Source: Candidatus Eiseniibacteriota bacterium
Lineage (GTDB): Bacteria; Eisenbacteria; RBG-16-71-46
Assembly (NCBI GenBank): GCA_031366795.1
Contig: JANLOX010000121.1
Location: 1 to 55,541 of the forward strand
DNA: 55,541 bases
Direction: 5' to 3'
The notes below the pieces were generated by a model that had not been told where the DNA came from, did no database searches, and saw only the letters and a program-made list of their open reading frames with translations. Positions 23,697-33,426 of the stretch are shown here, piece after piece. Made by a program: the position numbers and the translations under genes. Within the stretch, counting starts at the first letter, position 1; the number at the start of each line of letters is the position of its first letter.

Positions 23697-24656
23697 ATGG
23701 CGAACTCGCATGCATTGGTGACCGGGGCCGCGGGATTCATCGGCTCGCATTTGACCGAGCGGTTGCTGCGCGACGGCGTGCGGGTGACGGGCGTCGATTG
23801 CTTCACCGACTACTACGCTCCGGCACTCAAGCGGCGCAACATCGCAGCGGCACTCGAACACCCGAGCTTCCAGTTGTTGGAGATCGACTTGGGGACGGCT
23901 GACCTGGCAGCGCTGCCCGAAGTCGACGTGGTGTTCCACCAGGCCGCGCAGCCCGGCGTGCGCGCCTCGTGGGGTGCTGAGTTCTCGGTCTACACCTCGC
24001 ACAACGTGCTGGCGACGCAGCGGCTGCTCGAACGCTACCGGGGACACGCGCTCGAGCGTTTCGTCTACGCCTCCTCGTCGTCGATCTATGGCGATGCCGA
24101 ACGTTACCCGACCGACGAGTCGTTGATGCCAAAGCCGTTCTCGCCCTACGGCGTCTCGAAGCTCGCGGGCGAGCACCTCGTCAATCTGTACGGCCGCAAC
24201 TTCGGGCTGGCGACCGCGGCGTTGCGTTACTTCACGGTGTACGGACCGCGCCAGCGACCCGACATGGCGTTCCACCGCTTCTGCCGCTCGATGCTGCGCG
24301 GTGAGCCGATCGCGGTGTACGGGGACGGCAGGCAGTCGCGTGACTTCACCTTTATCGATGATTGCATCGAGGCGAACGTACGCGCCTGGAAGCGCGCTGC
24401 CCCGCAAGGGGTCTACAACGTGGGCGGCGGCTCGCAGGTCGAGGTGCTCGAGGCGATCCAGATGCTCGAGAATCATCTCGGCACGAAGGCGATCGTGCGG
24501 CTCGAGCCGCGGCCCCCGGGCGATCCCATGCGGACGCGCGCCGATGCCACGCGGATCCGCGCCGACCTCGACTTCGTGCCCGCGACGCCGATCGACCAGG
24601 GGCTCGCCGCCGAGGCGGCGTGGGCGCGCGGGGTGTACGCGGGAGCCAAGGCATGA
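23697..24656 (+). CDS. NAD-dependent nucleotide-sugar epimerase/dehydratase (UDP-glucuronate/glucose 4-epimerase-like)
   Basis: TGAAGFIGS, HQAAQPGVR, SSSSIYG, YGVSK, RYFTVYGPRQRPDMAF. Confidence 0.92.
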   Translation: MANSHALVTGAAGFIGSHLTERLLRDGVRVTGVDCFTDYYAPALKRRNIAAALEHPSFQLLEIDLGTADLAALPEVDVVFHQAAQPGVRASWGAEFSVYTSHNVLATQRLLERYRGHALERFVYASSSSIYGDAERYPTDESLMPKPFSPYGVSKLAGEHLVNLYGRNFGLATAALRYFTVYGPRQRPDMAFHRFCRSMLRGEPIAVYGDGRQSRDFTFIDDCIEANVRAWKRAAPQGVYNVGGGSQVEVLEAIQMLENHLGTKAIVRLEPRPPGDPMRTRADATRIRADLDFVPATPIDQGLAAEAAWARGVYAGAKA

Positions 24657-25603
24657 GCACGCAGGGCGTCGGGCTGTCGGTGGTGGTGCCGTTGTACGAC
24701 GAGGTCGAGAGCCTTCCCGAATTGCACCGCGAGTTGCTCGCAGCCCTCGACGCGCTGGCTTTAAGCTGGGAGATCCTCTACATCGACGACGGCTCGCGCG
24801 ACGGCTCGGACAAAGTGATCGGCGAGCTTGCGGCCTCCGACCCGCGCGTGCGCGCGGTGTCGTTCCGGCGCAACTTCGGCAAGTCGGCGGCACTCGCCGT
24901 GGGGTTCAAGCAGGCGCGCGGAGAACTCGTCGCGACCATGGACGCCGACCTGCAGGATGATCCCGCCGAGTTGAAGGACATGCGCGACGCGATGGCGGGC
25001 GGGTTCGACCTGATCTCGGGGTGGAAGCGCAATCGCCAGGATCCGCTGACCAAGACGATTCCATCGCGCCTGTTCAACATGGTGACGTCCCATGTCGCGG
25101 GCATCAAGCTCCACGACTTCAACTGCGGCCTCAAGCTCTACCGCCGCGAAGTCATCGAGTCCATCGAAGTGTACGGCGAGCTGCACCGCTTCCTTCCCGC
25201 GATCGCGAACTGGCAGGGCTTCCGCGTGGGCGAGGTGCCGGTGCACCACCGCGCGCGCAAGTTCGGCTACAGCAAGTTCGGCGTCGCGCGTTTCGTCAAC
25301 GGCTTCCTCGATCTCATGAGCGCCGCCTTCATCACCACCAGCGCGCTTAAACCCCTGCACGTGTTTGGCCGCGTGGGGCTGTTGTTCTTCGCCGTCGGCA
25401 CTGGGATTGGGCTGTGGTTCGTGGGGTTGTTCATGCACGGCGAGCCGATCCACGTGCGGCCGCTGATGTTGTTCGGCGCCGGGCTCGTGCTGCTCGGCTT
25501 CCAATTCATCCTGATGGGGCTGCTCGGCGAGATGATCGCGCACCTCGGTGCGCGCAGCGACTATCCCTTGAAGCGCAGCCACAACTGGGACCTCCCGGCG
25601 TGA
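24653..25603 (+). CDS. GT2 polyprenol-phosphate glycosyltransferase (ArnC/GtrB-like, two C-terminal TM helices)
   Basis: VVVPLYDE, DDGSRD, RNFGKSAAL, MDADLQDDP, DFNCGLK, HRFLP. Confidence 0.9.
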   Translation: MSTQGVGLSVVVPLYDEVESLPELHRELLAALDALALSWEILYIDDGSRDGSDKVIGELAASDPRVRAVSFRRNFGKSAALAVGFKQARGELVATMDADLQDDPAELKDMRDAMAGGFDLISGWKRNRQDPLTKTIPSRLFNMVTSHVAGIKLHDFNCGLKLYRREVIESIEVYGELHRFLPAIANWQGFRVGEVPVHHRARKFGYSKFGVARFVNGFLDLMSAAFITTSALKPLHVFGRVGLLFFAVGTGIGLWFVGLFMHGEPIHVRPLMLFGAGLVLLGFQFILMGLLGEMIAHLGARSDYPLKRSHNWDLPA

Positions 25604-26289
25604 AGGCATTCGTGTTGGCGGGGGGACTCGGCACACGGCTGCGCCCCAAGTTCGGCGAGTTGCCGAAGCCGCTGGCGCCGATCGGCGGCAAGCCGTTCCT
25701 CGAACGCCAGCTCGGCTGGCTCCGCTCGCACGGCATCGCGCACGCCGTGTTGTGCACGGGCTATGGGGGTGCTGCGATCCGCGACACTCTGGGTGGGGTG
25801 AGCGCCGGTGTGAAGCTGGAGTTTTCTGAAGAGCGCGAACCGTTGGGCACCGGTGGCGCGCTGAAGCTCGCGCAGCCCCTGCTCGATGGCCCGTGTTGCG
25901 TGCTCAACGGCGACACGTTGCCCGAGGGCGACCCCTGGATGCTCGAGCAGGGCCGCTGGGAGACGGGGGCCATCGGCGCCATCGCGCTCTATGAAGTGGC
26001 GGATGCGCGCGCGCGCGGCCGCGTCGAATGCGACGCGCAGGGCCGGGTGCTGAGGTTTGTCGAGAAGGATGCCGATTATTCGGGTAGGGCCTGGGTCAAT
26101 GGGGGCCTCTACACGTTTTCGTCATCGCTGTGGCGGCACATTCCCGCCGGCGTCTGTTCGCTCGAACGCGACGTGCTGCCGGGCCTGGCCGCCGAGGGAC
26201 GCCTGCTCGGGGTGCGTCTGCCAGGGAACTTTTACGACATTGGTACGCCCGAGGAGTGGGAGCGGGCGGAAAGGCACTTCACTTCATGA
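25600..26289 (+). CDS. hddC: Sugar-1-phosphate nucleotidyltransferase (HddC-like heptose-1-phosphate guanylyltransferase)
   Basis: LAGGLGTRL, PKPL, EPLGTGGAL, LNGDT, SLERD, FYDIGTPE. Adjacent to an HddA-like kinase. Confidence 0.7.
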   Translation: MKAFVLAGGLGTRLRPKFGELPKPLAPIGGKPFLERQLGWLRSHGIAHAVLCTGYGGAAIRDTLGGVSAGVKLEFSEEREPLGTGGALKLAQPLLDGPCCVLNGDTLPEGDPWMLEQGRWETGAIGAIALYEVADARARGRVECDAQGRVLRFVEKDADYSGRAWVNGGLYTFSSSLWRHIPAGVCSLERDVLPGLAAEGRLLGVRLPGNFYDIGTPEEWERAERHFTS

Positions 26290-27341
26290 GCGCTCCGCAC
26301 TACTTCCGCGCCCGCGCTCCGCTGCGCCTGTCGTTCTGCGGCGGGGGCACCGACGTTTCGCCTTACCCCGAAGAGCACGGCGGCATGGTGCTGTCCTCGA
26401 CCATCAACCAGTACGCCTACGCCTCGCTGCGCCCGCGCCGCGATTCGCGCGTGACACTGGCCAGCCTCGACTACGACGTGGTCGCCAAGTACGACCATCC
26501 GCGGCGCATGAAGTTCGACGGCAACTTGGACCTGATCAAGGCGGTCGTGCGCTCGTTCAAGCAGAAGCATGGCGCCGACATGTGGGTGCACTCCGATGCG
26601 CCGCCCGGATCCGGGCTGGGCTCGTCCTCGACGCTGGTCGTGGCGCTGATCGGCGTGATGGCCGAGTGGCTGCGCCAGCCGATCGACAGCTATGAGGTGG
26701 CCGAACTCGCCTACAAGCTCGAGCGTGTCGAGATGAAGCTCGCGGGCGGGCGGCAGGACCAGTACGCCGCGGCGTTCGGTGGCTTCAATTTCATCGAATT
26801 CCACAAGGACTCGACGCTGGTGACGCCGTTGCGCATCCGCAAGGACGTGATCGCCGAGCTCGAGTACCGGCTGCTGCTTTGCTACATGGGCCAGACGCGC
26901 CAATCGGCGCACATCATCGAGCGCCAGATGGAGTCGTACCGCGAGGGCAAGTCCAAGACGGTCGAGGCGCTGCACCACTTGAAGGCCGAGACCCTCGACA
27001 TGAAGCACGCCCTGCTCGTCGGCGACATCGATGCGATGGGTGAGCTGCTGCACCAGGCGTGGGAGAACAAGAAGCGCCTGGACCAGGCCATCTCGAACAC
27101 GCACGTCGACACGCTCTACCAGGTGGCGCGCAAGGAAGGGGCGATCGGCGGCAAGATGCCGGGCGCCGGGGGCGGCGGCTACTTCCTGCTGCTCACGCGC
27201 TTCGACCGCAAGCATCGCGTCGCCGCCGCACTCGAGAAGCACGGAGGCCAGGTGGTGCCGTTCCAGTTCGAGCGGCGCGGCATGACGGCGTGGGCGTCGA
27301 CGGGCCCCGAACCGAAACCCAAAGGGACGCGGGCGCGTTAG
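26286..27341 (+). CDS. hddA: GHMP sugar kinase (D-glycero-alpha-D-manno-heptose-7-phosphate kinase-like)
   Basis: RAPLRLSFCGGGTDV, PPGSGLGSSS, GGRQDQYAAAFGG, GAGGGG. Confidence 0.8.
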   Translation: MSAPHYFRARAPLRLSFCGGGTDVSPYPEEHGGMVLSSTINQYAYASLRPRRDSRVTLASLDYDVVAKYDHPRRMKFDGNLDLIKAVVRSFKQKHGADMWVHSDAPPGSGLGSSSTLVVALIGVMAEWLRQPIDSYEVAELAYKLERVEMKLAGGRQDQYAAAFGGFNFIEFHKDSTLVTPLRIRKDVIAELEYRLLLCYMGQTRQSAHIIERQMESYREGKSKTVEALHHLKAETLDMKHALLVGDIDAMGELLHQAWENKKRLDQAISNTHVDTLYQVARKEGAIGGKMPGAGGGGYFLLLTRFDRKHRVAAALEKHGGQVVPFQFERRGMTAWASTGPEPKPKGTRAR

Positions 27342-27342
27342 C

Positions 27343-28485
27343 ATGCGCGTCGGCCTGCTTGGGCCGCTGGCGCCGTGGCGCGGCGGACTGGCCCAGTACT
27401 TAGGCCTGCTGGGCGAGACGCTGGGGGCCCGCGCCGAAGTGCGCGGCATCACCTTCACGCGCCAGTATCCCGACCGCCTGTTTCCCGGGCAGTCACAGCT
27501 CGATCCGCAGGCGCCCGTTCCCCGCTTTCCCGTCGAATCGATGCTCGACTCGATCGGGCCCTCCAGCTGGCGCCGCGTGGCGCGTCGCTTCGAGGAGTGG
27601 GCGCCGGGTGCGGTGATCCTCAAGTGGTGGATGCCGTTCTTCGCGCCCTCGTTCGCCTCGGCAGTGGGACCCTTGCGCCGCCGCGGCACGCGCGTGGTGC
27701 TGGTGTGCGACAATCTGGTGCCGCATGAACGCCGGCCATTCGACGCCCAACTCACGCGCTGGATGTTGCGCAATTCGGACGGTTACCTCGTGATGTCGGA
27801 CAGCGTGGAACGCGACCTCGACATGCTCAAGCCGGGCGCCATCCGGCGCCGCGTGCTGCATCCGCTGTATGCGCAATTCGACCAGGGCCGCTGGACGCGA
27901 GAGTCGGCGCGCGCCGCACTCAAGATCGAGGGCGAAGTGGTGCTGTTCTTCGGCTTCATCCGCCGCTACAAGGGGCTCGACACCCTGCTCGAAGCCTGGC
28001 CGCGCGTGCGCGAGCGACGCGACGCGACGCTCGTGGTGGCGGGCGAGCCGTATGAAGACGCCGAGGGGCTGCGGGCTCTGGCACAACGGGCCGGGGGCGC
28101 ACGATCAGTGCGCATGCTCGACCGCTACATCCCGGATGATGAGGTTGAGGCGCTGTTCAAGGCCGCCGATGTCGTCGTGCTGCCCTACCGCTCGGCGACG
28201 CAGAGTGGCGTCACGCATGTCGCCTACGCGCTGGGCGTGCCGGTGATCACCACCGATGTGGGCGGGCTCGCCGAGACCGTGATCCCCGGCCGCACCGGAA
28301 TGGTGGTGCCGCCCGAGCAACCTGCGGCTCTCGCCGATGCAATTGTCGAGTACTTCGAGCGCGGGTTGGCCACCGCGATGCGCGAAGGCGTCGCCGAACT
28401 GCGCCGCGCCCACTCGTGGGACACGCTGGCGAACGAAACGGTCGGCCTGATCGACGAACTGGCGCCGACGCGGGGCTGGCGGTGA
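27343..28485 (+). CDS. Glycosyltransferase family 4
   Basis: PWRGGLAQY, FFGFIRRYKG, LPYRSATQSGV, TDVGGL. Confidence 0.9.
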   Translation: MRVGLLGPLAPWRGGLAQYLGLLGETLGARAEVRGITFTRQYPDRLFPGQSQLDPQAPVPRFPVESMLDSIGPSSWRRVARRFEEWAPGAVILKWWMPFFAPSFASAVGPLRRRGTRVVLVCDNLVPHERRPFDAQLTRWMLRNSDGYLVMSDSVERDLDMLKPGAIRRRVLHPLYAQFDQGRWTRESARAALKIEGEVVLFFGFIRRYKGLDTLLEAWPRVRERRDATLVVAGEPYEDAEGLRALAQRAGGARSVRMLDRYIPDDEVEALFKAADVVVLPYRSATQSGVTHVAYALGVPVITTDVGGLAETVIPGRTGMVVPPEQPAALADAIVEYFERGLATAMREGVAELRRAHSWDTLANETVGLIDELAPTRGWR

Positions 28486-30131
28486 GGAGCGAGACACGGC
28501 GTACCGCACTGTGGGTGTTCGTGTTCGCGCTGCTCGTTTATATCGTGAGTGGCGGTGGGCGCATTGTCGGCAGCGATGAGGTCTCGATGCTCGAACTGTC
28601 GCGCGGCCTGCTTGCCGGGCACGTGTGGGTGCCCGAAGGCGCCACGCTTAAAGGCCAGGGCGGGCGCGACTATACCAAGAACGCCGCGGCGCAGGCGGTG
28701 CTGGCTCTGCCGCTGGTGGCGGTGGGCGAAACCGCCGCGCGACTCGCGCACCTCGATGAACAACGCACGCGGCTGGCGGTGCGCTTCCTCGCTTCGTTCT
28801 TCAACGCCTTTATCTGCGCGCTGCTGCTCGCTGCCTGCTACGCCGCCGCGCGCAGGCTGGGGGCATCGCGCCGCGCCGCATTGTTGACGACGCTGACGCT
28901 CGGTTTCGCAACTCCGCTGTGGGTCTATTCGAAGAGCTTCATGGCCGAACCGCTCGAAGCGCTCGGGCTGCTGCTCGCGCTGTACGGCGCGAGCATGAGC
29001 GGGACGCCATCGCAGCGGGGCATGACGCCGGAACGCGTCGCCGCACTGGGTGCATTCATCGCCATCTCGGCGAAGCTCAGCATGCTACCGCTCACCTGCG
29101 GCGCGCTGGTGCCCCTGCTTGCGGTTCCGCGCCGCAGCTGGCGGTGGCCGGCCGCGGGGGTGGCGCTGGCGCTGGCAGGACACGCGCTCTACAACGCCGC
29201 GCGATTCGGCACTGCACTCGAAACGGGCTACGGCGCGCAAGCGACCCCGGCCGCCTACACGACGCCGATTCTGGTCGGGCTCTACGGCCTGCTGCTGTCG
29301 TCGGGGAAGGGGTTGGCGTGGTTCGCGCCCGCGGCGTGGTTCGTGCCTGCAGCACTCCGCGACGGCTGGCGCGAGTCGCGCCGCGCCGAGGCGACGCGTT
29401 CACGCTTCGGGATGGGGACGCCGCGCGGACGGCTGTGCGTGGGTGCACTCGCCACAACCGTGCTGGCGCTGCTGCTGTATTCGCGCTTCCAGCATTGGGC
29501 GGGCGATGGTTCCTACGGCCCGCGTTATCTCGTGCCGCTGCTGCCGTTGATGCTGCTGTGCGTGGGGCCAGCGCTGGCGGGGTGGCGCAAGGCGATTCCG
29601 CGCTCGAAGCTGCGGTTGGCGCTTTTCGCATTGGCGCTCGGCGCGTTCGTGCAGGTCGGGGGCGTGGCCATCTACTTCGGCGCGCAGATGCGCGAGGCCG
29701 GCGACTATCCCTATGCGCTGCCGCTCGAGGATCCGCACTTCATGAGCGACAGTCACTTCAACCCGCGCTACAGCCCGGTCGCCGGCAGTTGGCGCATGTT
29801 GTGGCGCAACGCCGGTGAACACATGAGCGGCCAGGCCCCGCGGCTCGACATGCATGCGGGCGGCGCGGGCGACAGCGCGACCCCGACGAGCCCCGCGCCC
29901 AACGCATCCGTGGCGGCCGCAGATCCCGACGCCCGCGATGCACGCACCGGACTCTCGGCCGCGGAACAGCGCTCGCTGCTCCACGGCCTCGACTTCTGGT
30001 GGCTCTACCTCGGCTATGCCGGGGTGGGGGGGATGGCGCCCCTTGCGCTGGCGTGGCTGCTGGCAGCCCTCGCCGTGCTGGCCGGCCTGCGCCTGCGCGC
30101 CGCCATGCGCGAGGAGACGGAAGCGCCGTGA
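28482..30131 (+). CDS. GT-C-fold membrane glycosyltransferase (lipid-carrier dependent, PMT/ArnT-like)
   Basis: Polytopic. Acidic DE pair after TM1 (VGSDEVSM), YSKSFMAEPL, GDGSYGPRYLVP. Confidence 0.7.
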   Translation: MRSETRRTALWVFVFALLVYIVSGGGRIVGSDEVSMLELSRGLLAGHVWVPEGATLKGQGGRDYTKNAAAQAVLALPLVAVGETAARLAHLDEQRTRLAVRFLASFFNAFICALLLAACYAAARRLGASRRAALLTTLTLGFATPLWVYSKSFMAEPLEALGLLLALYGASMSGTPSQRGMTPERVAALGAFIAISAKLSMLPLTCGALVPLLAVPRRSWRWPAAGVALALAGHALYNAARFGTALETGYGAQATPAAYTTPILVGLYGLLLSSGKGLAWFAPAAWFVPAALRDGWRESRRAEATRSRFGMGTPRGRLCVGALATTVLALLLYSRFQHWAGDGSYGPRYLVPLLPLMLLCVGPALAGWRKAIPRSKLRLALFALALGAFVQVGGVAIYFGAQMREAGDYPYALPLEDPHFMSDSHFNPRYSPVAGSWRMLWRNAGEHMSGQAPRLDMHAGGAGDSATPTSPAPNASVAAADPDARDARTGLSAAEQRSLLHGLDFWWLYLGYAGVGGMAPLALAWLLAALAVLAGLRLRAAMREETEAP

Positions 30132-31033
30132 AGCGTCTCGCGGTGATCGTGCTCAACTGGAACGGCCTCGCCGACACCCTGGCGCTGCTCGAATCGCTGG
30201 ACCGCTGCCGGCTGCCGCAGGGCTGGGAGATGTGGACGATCGTGGTCGACAACGGTTCGACCGACGGTTCCGCCTCGACACTCGCGCAACGCGAAGGCGT
30301 CGAGTTGATCGCGCTGCCCGATAACCGCATGTATGCCGGCGGCAACAACGCGGGGCTTGCTCATGCGCTCGCTGGCGGAGCCGCGGCGATTGCCTTGCTC
30401 AACAACGACACCGTGGCGGACGCCGGTTTGTTCGAACGCCTGCTGCTGGCGCTGGAGCAGGACCCACAAGCGGGTGCTGCGGGCCCGCTCATCTACTACG
30501 GCCCGCCGACCGACCGCATCTGGTACGCGGGCGGCGCGTGCCATCCCGCGATCGCCTGCTCGTGGCACCGCGGCATCCGCACGCGCGACCACGGCCAGTA
30601 CCGTGGCGTGGAATCGACCGGTTACCTGACCGGCTGTTGCTTCCTCGCGATGCGCGAGGTGTGGGAGCGCGTGGGGTTGCTCGATGAGCGCTATTACATC
30701 TACGCCGAGGACAGCGACTGGTCGCTGCGCGCGCGAGCGCTGGGGCTCAAGCTGCTGTTCGTGCCGACGGCGCGGCTGTGGCACAAGGTCTCGGCGAGCA
30801 CCGGCAACCACAGCCCGTGGAAGACCTATCACTACGTGCGCGCGAACCTGCAACTCTACCAGCGTCACGCGCGCGGGCTGGGCCGCTGGACGTGGTGGCC
30901 GATGAGCCTGTTGACGCACGCCGTGGTGGCGTTGCGGCTGCTCGCGCAGGGCCGGGGTGCCGCGGCGTCCTCGGTACCGCGCGCCTACTTCGATGCCGCG
31001 CGGCATATCAACGCGGGGGAGGCGATGCCATGA
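30128..31033 (+). CDS. Glycosyltransferase family 2 (rhamnosyltransferase-like)
   Basis: VLNWNG, VDNGSTDGS, GNNAG, LLNNDT, YAEDSDWSLR, LWHKVS. Confidence 0.9.
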   Translation: MKRLAVIVLNWNGLADTLALLESLDRCRLPQGWEMWTIVVDNGSTDGSASTLAQREGVELIALPDNRMYAGGNNAGLAHALAGGAAAIALLNNDTVADAGLFERLLLALEQDPQAGAAGPLIYYGPPTDRIWYAGGACHPAIACSWHRGIRTRDHGQYRGVESTGYLTGCCFLAMREVWERVGLLDERYYIYAEDSDWSLRARALGLKLLFVPTARLWHKVSASTGNHSPWKTYHYVRANLQLYQRHARGLGRWTWWPMSLLTHAVVALRLLAQGRGAAASSVPRAYFDAARHINAGEAMP

Positions 31034-31890
31034 GCCCGCCCTCGCAGCTGCCCCTGCAGCCCGTGTCCCCGCGCCCCTTCCGCGCCGGGCACCCCGAACG
31101 CGCGCGCGATGAGGCGGCGGTGTTCCTCTACGAAGTGCTCGACGAGTTGCCGCCGGGTGGGGCAGTGCTGGACGCCGGTTGCGGCCCGGGCTCGTGGGAC
31201 TACACGCGGCGCAACGATCTCTCGATCACCGGCTTCGACGTGAAGTTCCCGCCGGGGCCCCCCACGCCGCGCCCCGGCCTGCGCGTGTTCCGGGCGGACC
31301 TCGGCTACTTGCCCCTGCGCGGGGGACAGTTCGACCTGACCGTCTGCCATTACGTGCTCGAGCATGTCACCGAACTCGCGGCGTGCTGCGATGAACTCGC
31401 GCGCGTCACGCGCGAGGGCGGCACGTTGTACCTGTCGGTGCCGCGCGCGAAGGCGTTCGACGACCGGCTCTACCGTTTCGCCGGCTACTTCGCCAAGTAT
31501 GCGCTGTTCAAGTTCTCCAAGCGCATCGAGCACCAGCAGCGCTTCGACTTGCAGGGGCTGCTCGACGCGTTCTATGCGCGCGGCTTCGAGCTCGCGGCCT
31601 ACGCGCGCGTGCCGGCGGGGTTCTCGTGGATGAACGACGCGCGCACCAAGCCACTGCAACGGCCGTTCACGCGCTTTGTCGCGGCGTGGCACCGCTGGAC
31701 GGGCATCGACTTGGGGCACGATGCGAATTTCGTGCTGCGCCTGCGCAAGACGAACGTGCGTGGGTTGCGCCGCGTGACCCACGTTTGCCGCGAGTGTGGG
31801 GAGCACAGCGTGCTCGAGGGGACGCCGTGGCCGCAGCAGTGGAAGTGTCCCTGGTGCGGCAAGCCCAATCCACTCGGCGCCCCGCGATGA
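31030..31890 (+). CDS. SAM-dependent methyltransferase with C-terminal zinc ribbon
   Basis: VLDAGCGPG, FDLTVCHYVLEH; C-terminal CRECG...CPWCG. Confidence 0.82.
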   Translation: MSPPSQLPLQPVSPRPFRAGHPERARDEAAVFLYEVLDELPPGGAVLDAGCGPGSWDYTRRNDLSITGFDVKFPPGPPTPRPGLRVFRADLGYLPLRGGQFDLTVCHYVLEHVTELAACCDELARVTREGGTLYLSVPRAKAFDDRLYRFAGYFAKYALFKFSKRIEHQQRFDLQGLLDAFYARGFELAAYARVPAGFSWMNDARTKPLQRPFTRFVAAWHRWTGIDLGHDANFVLRLRKTNVRGLRRVTHVCRECGEHSVLEGTPWPQQWKCPWCGKPNPLGAPR

Positions 31891-31902
31891 TCGAGTTCCG
31901 CC

Positions 31903-33348
31903 GTGCGTGAGTCGATCAAGCGGCTGACGAAGGACTCGGCGGTCTACGGGCTCGGGCAGGCGCTCGGCCGCGCCGTGCAGTTGCTGCTCGTGCCCGTGCT
32001 CACGCGACTGCTGGTGCCCGCGGAGTTCGGCATCGCCGAGCTGGTCGCCGGCTACCTCGGCACCGCCGTGCTCGTGCTGGTGTTCGGCATGGACGCCGCC
32101 CTCGCGCGGTTCTTCTATGAGGAGCCGGACCGCGAGGCGCGAATCCGCATGGTGTCGACCTCGCTGGTGTTCCGGCTGGTGGTCTCGAGCATGGTGGCCG
32201 TGTTGTTGATCGTGTTCGCGGGTCCCCTGTCCGGGGCGCTGCTGCACGGCGCGGGTTACCGCAAGTACCTGTGGATGGGTGCTGCGACCTTGCCGTTCAC
32301 CTTGCTGGTGATGTTCTGCAATGACGTCCTGCGCGTGACGTTCCAACCCGTCAAGTACATCACCCTGAACATCGTGCAGACGGTGCTCGTCACCGGGCTG
32401 TCGATCGCCTTCGTGGGGCCGTGGTTCCGCTTGAGCACGGCAGGCGTCTTGTATGGCCGGCTGGCGGGAGATGGGCTGGCGGCGCTCGTCGGGCTTGTGC
32501 TGATCCGCCACACCATGGGCTTCAGGCCGGACGGCGCCATCCTGCGCCGCATGCTTGCGTATGGTGCGCCGACGATCCCAGCGGCGGTGGCGTTCGCGGT
32601 GATCGCCGGGCTCGACCGCTTCGCCTTGCAGCGCACGCGCACCATCGAGGAAGTGGCGACCTATTCGGTGGCGCTGCGCTTCTATTCGGTGATGACGTTC
32701 GCGGCCTCGGCGTTCCACCTGGCGTATGGCCCATTCGTCTACGCGCGCGCGCGCGATCCCGAAGCGCCGCGGCTGTTCGCGCGCGTGCTGGTCAGCTACG
32801 TCGCCATCGCCTCGCTGGGCGCCATGACCGTCGGGCTGTTCGCGCCCGAAGTGCTGGGGGCTCTGGTGACGCGCGCCTATCACCCCGACGCCGCTGCCCT
32901 GCCCGCCCTGCTGCTCGCCTTTGCGGCGGTGGCGCTGGGTGCCTACACTGTGGCTTCGATCGGCATCGGTCTGGCGATCAAGACGCCGTTGCTGGCGGTG
33001 GGAGCGTGGTGCGGCGCGGTGCTCGCCGCACTCACGCACCTGCTGCTGACGCCGCGATGGGGTGCCGTCGGCGCGGGCTTCGCGACGTTGATGGGCTACT
33101 CCGGGGTCGCCGTCGTGACGTTCGTGTTCGCGCAACGCGTGCATCCGCTGCCGTATCGCGGTGTGTTTGCTACGGTTCTGTTCGCGATGGCGCTCGGGCT
33201 GTCGGTCGCGGCGCAACATTTTGCACCCGCGGGCCTCGCCGGGGTCGCCGTGCGGATTGCGGCCGTGCTGGCGTTCGTGGCGGTGTGCGCACGGGCGAAG
33301 GTATGGACAGAGCGTGGCGCCGTGGCGCCGCGGCCGCAGGCGCATTAG
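31903..33348 (+). CDS. Oligosaccharide flippase (Wzx/MOP family)
   Basis: KDSAVYGLG, LLLVPVLTRLL.P.EFG, GMDAALARFF, LDRFAL, YSVA; polytopic. Confidence 0.88.
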   Translation: MRESIKRLTKDSAVYGLGQALGRAVQLLLVPVLTRLLVPAEFGIAELVAGYLGTAVLVLVFGMDAALARFFYEEPDREARIRMVSTSLVFRLVVSSMVAVLLIVFAGPLSGALLHGAGYRKYLWMGAATLPFTLLVMFCNDVLRVTFQPVKYITLNIVQTVLVTGLSIAFVGPWFRLSTAGVLYGRLAGDGLAALVGLVLIRHTMGFRPDGAILRRMLAYGAPTIPAAVAFAVIAGLDRFALQRTRTIEEVATYSVALRFYSVMTFAASAFHLAYGPFVYARARDPEAPRLFARVLVSYVAIASLGAMTVGLFAPEVLGALVTRAYHPDAAALPALLLAFAAVALGAYTVASIGIGLAIKTPLLAVGAWCGAVLAALTHLLLTPRWGAVGAGFATLMGYSGVAVVTFVFAQRVHPLPYRGVFATVLFAMALGLSVAAQHFAPAGLAGVAVRIAAVLAFVAVCARAKVWTERGAVAPRPQAH

Positions 33349-33426
33349 GGTGGTTCGCGAGTAACGACAGTTCTTTCGATGAGTGACGGCAGCCGTTCAC
33401 GCAGGCGGAGCGCGGGAGGCAGAGGG

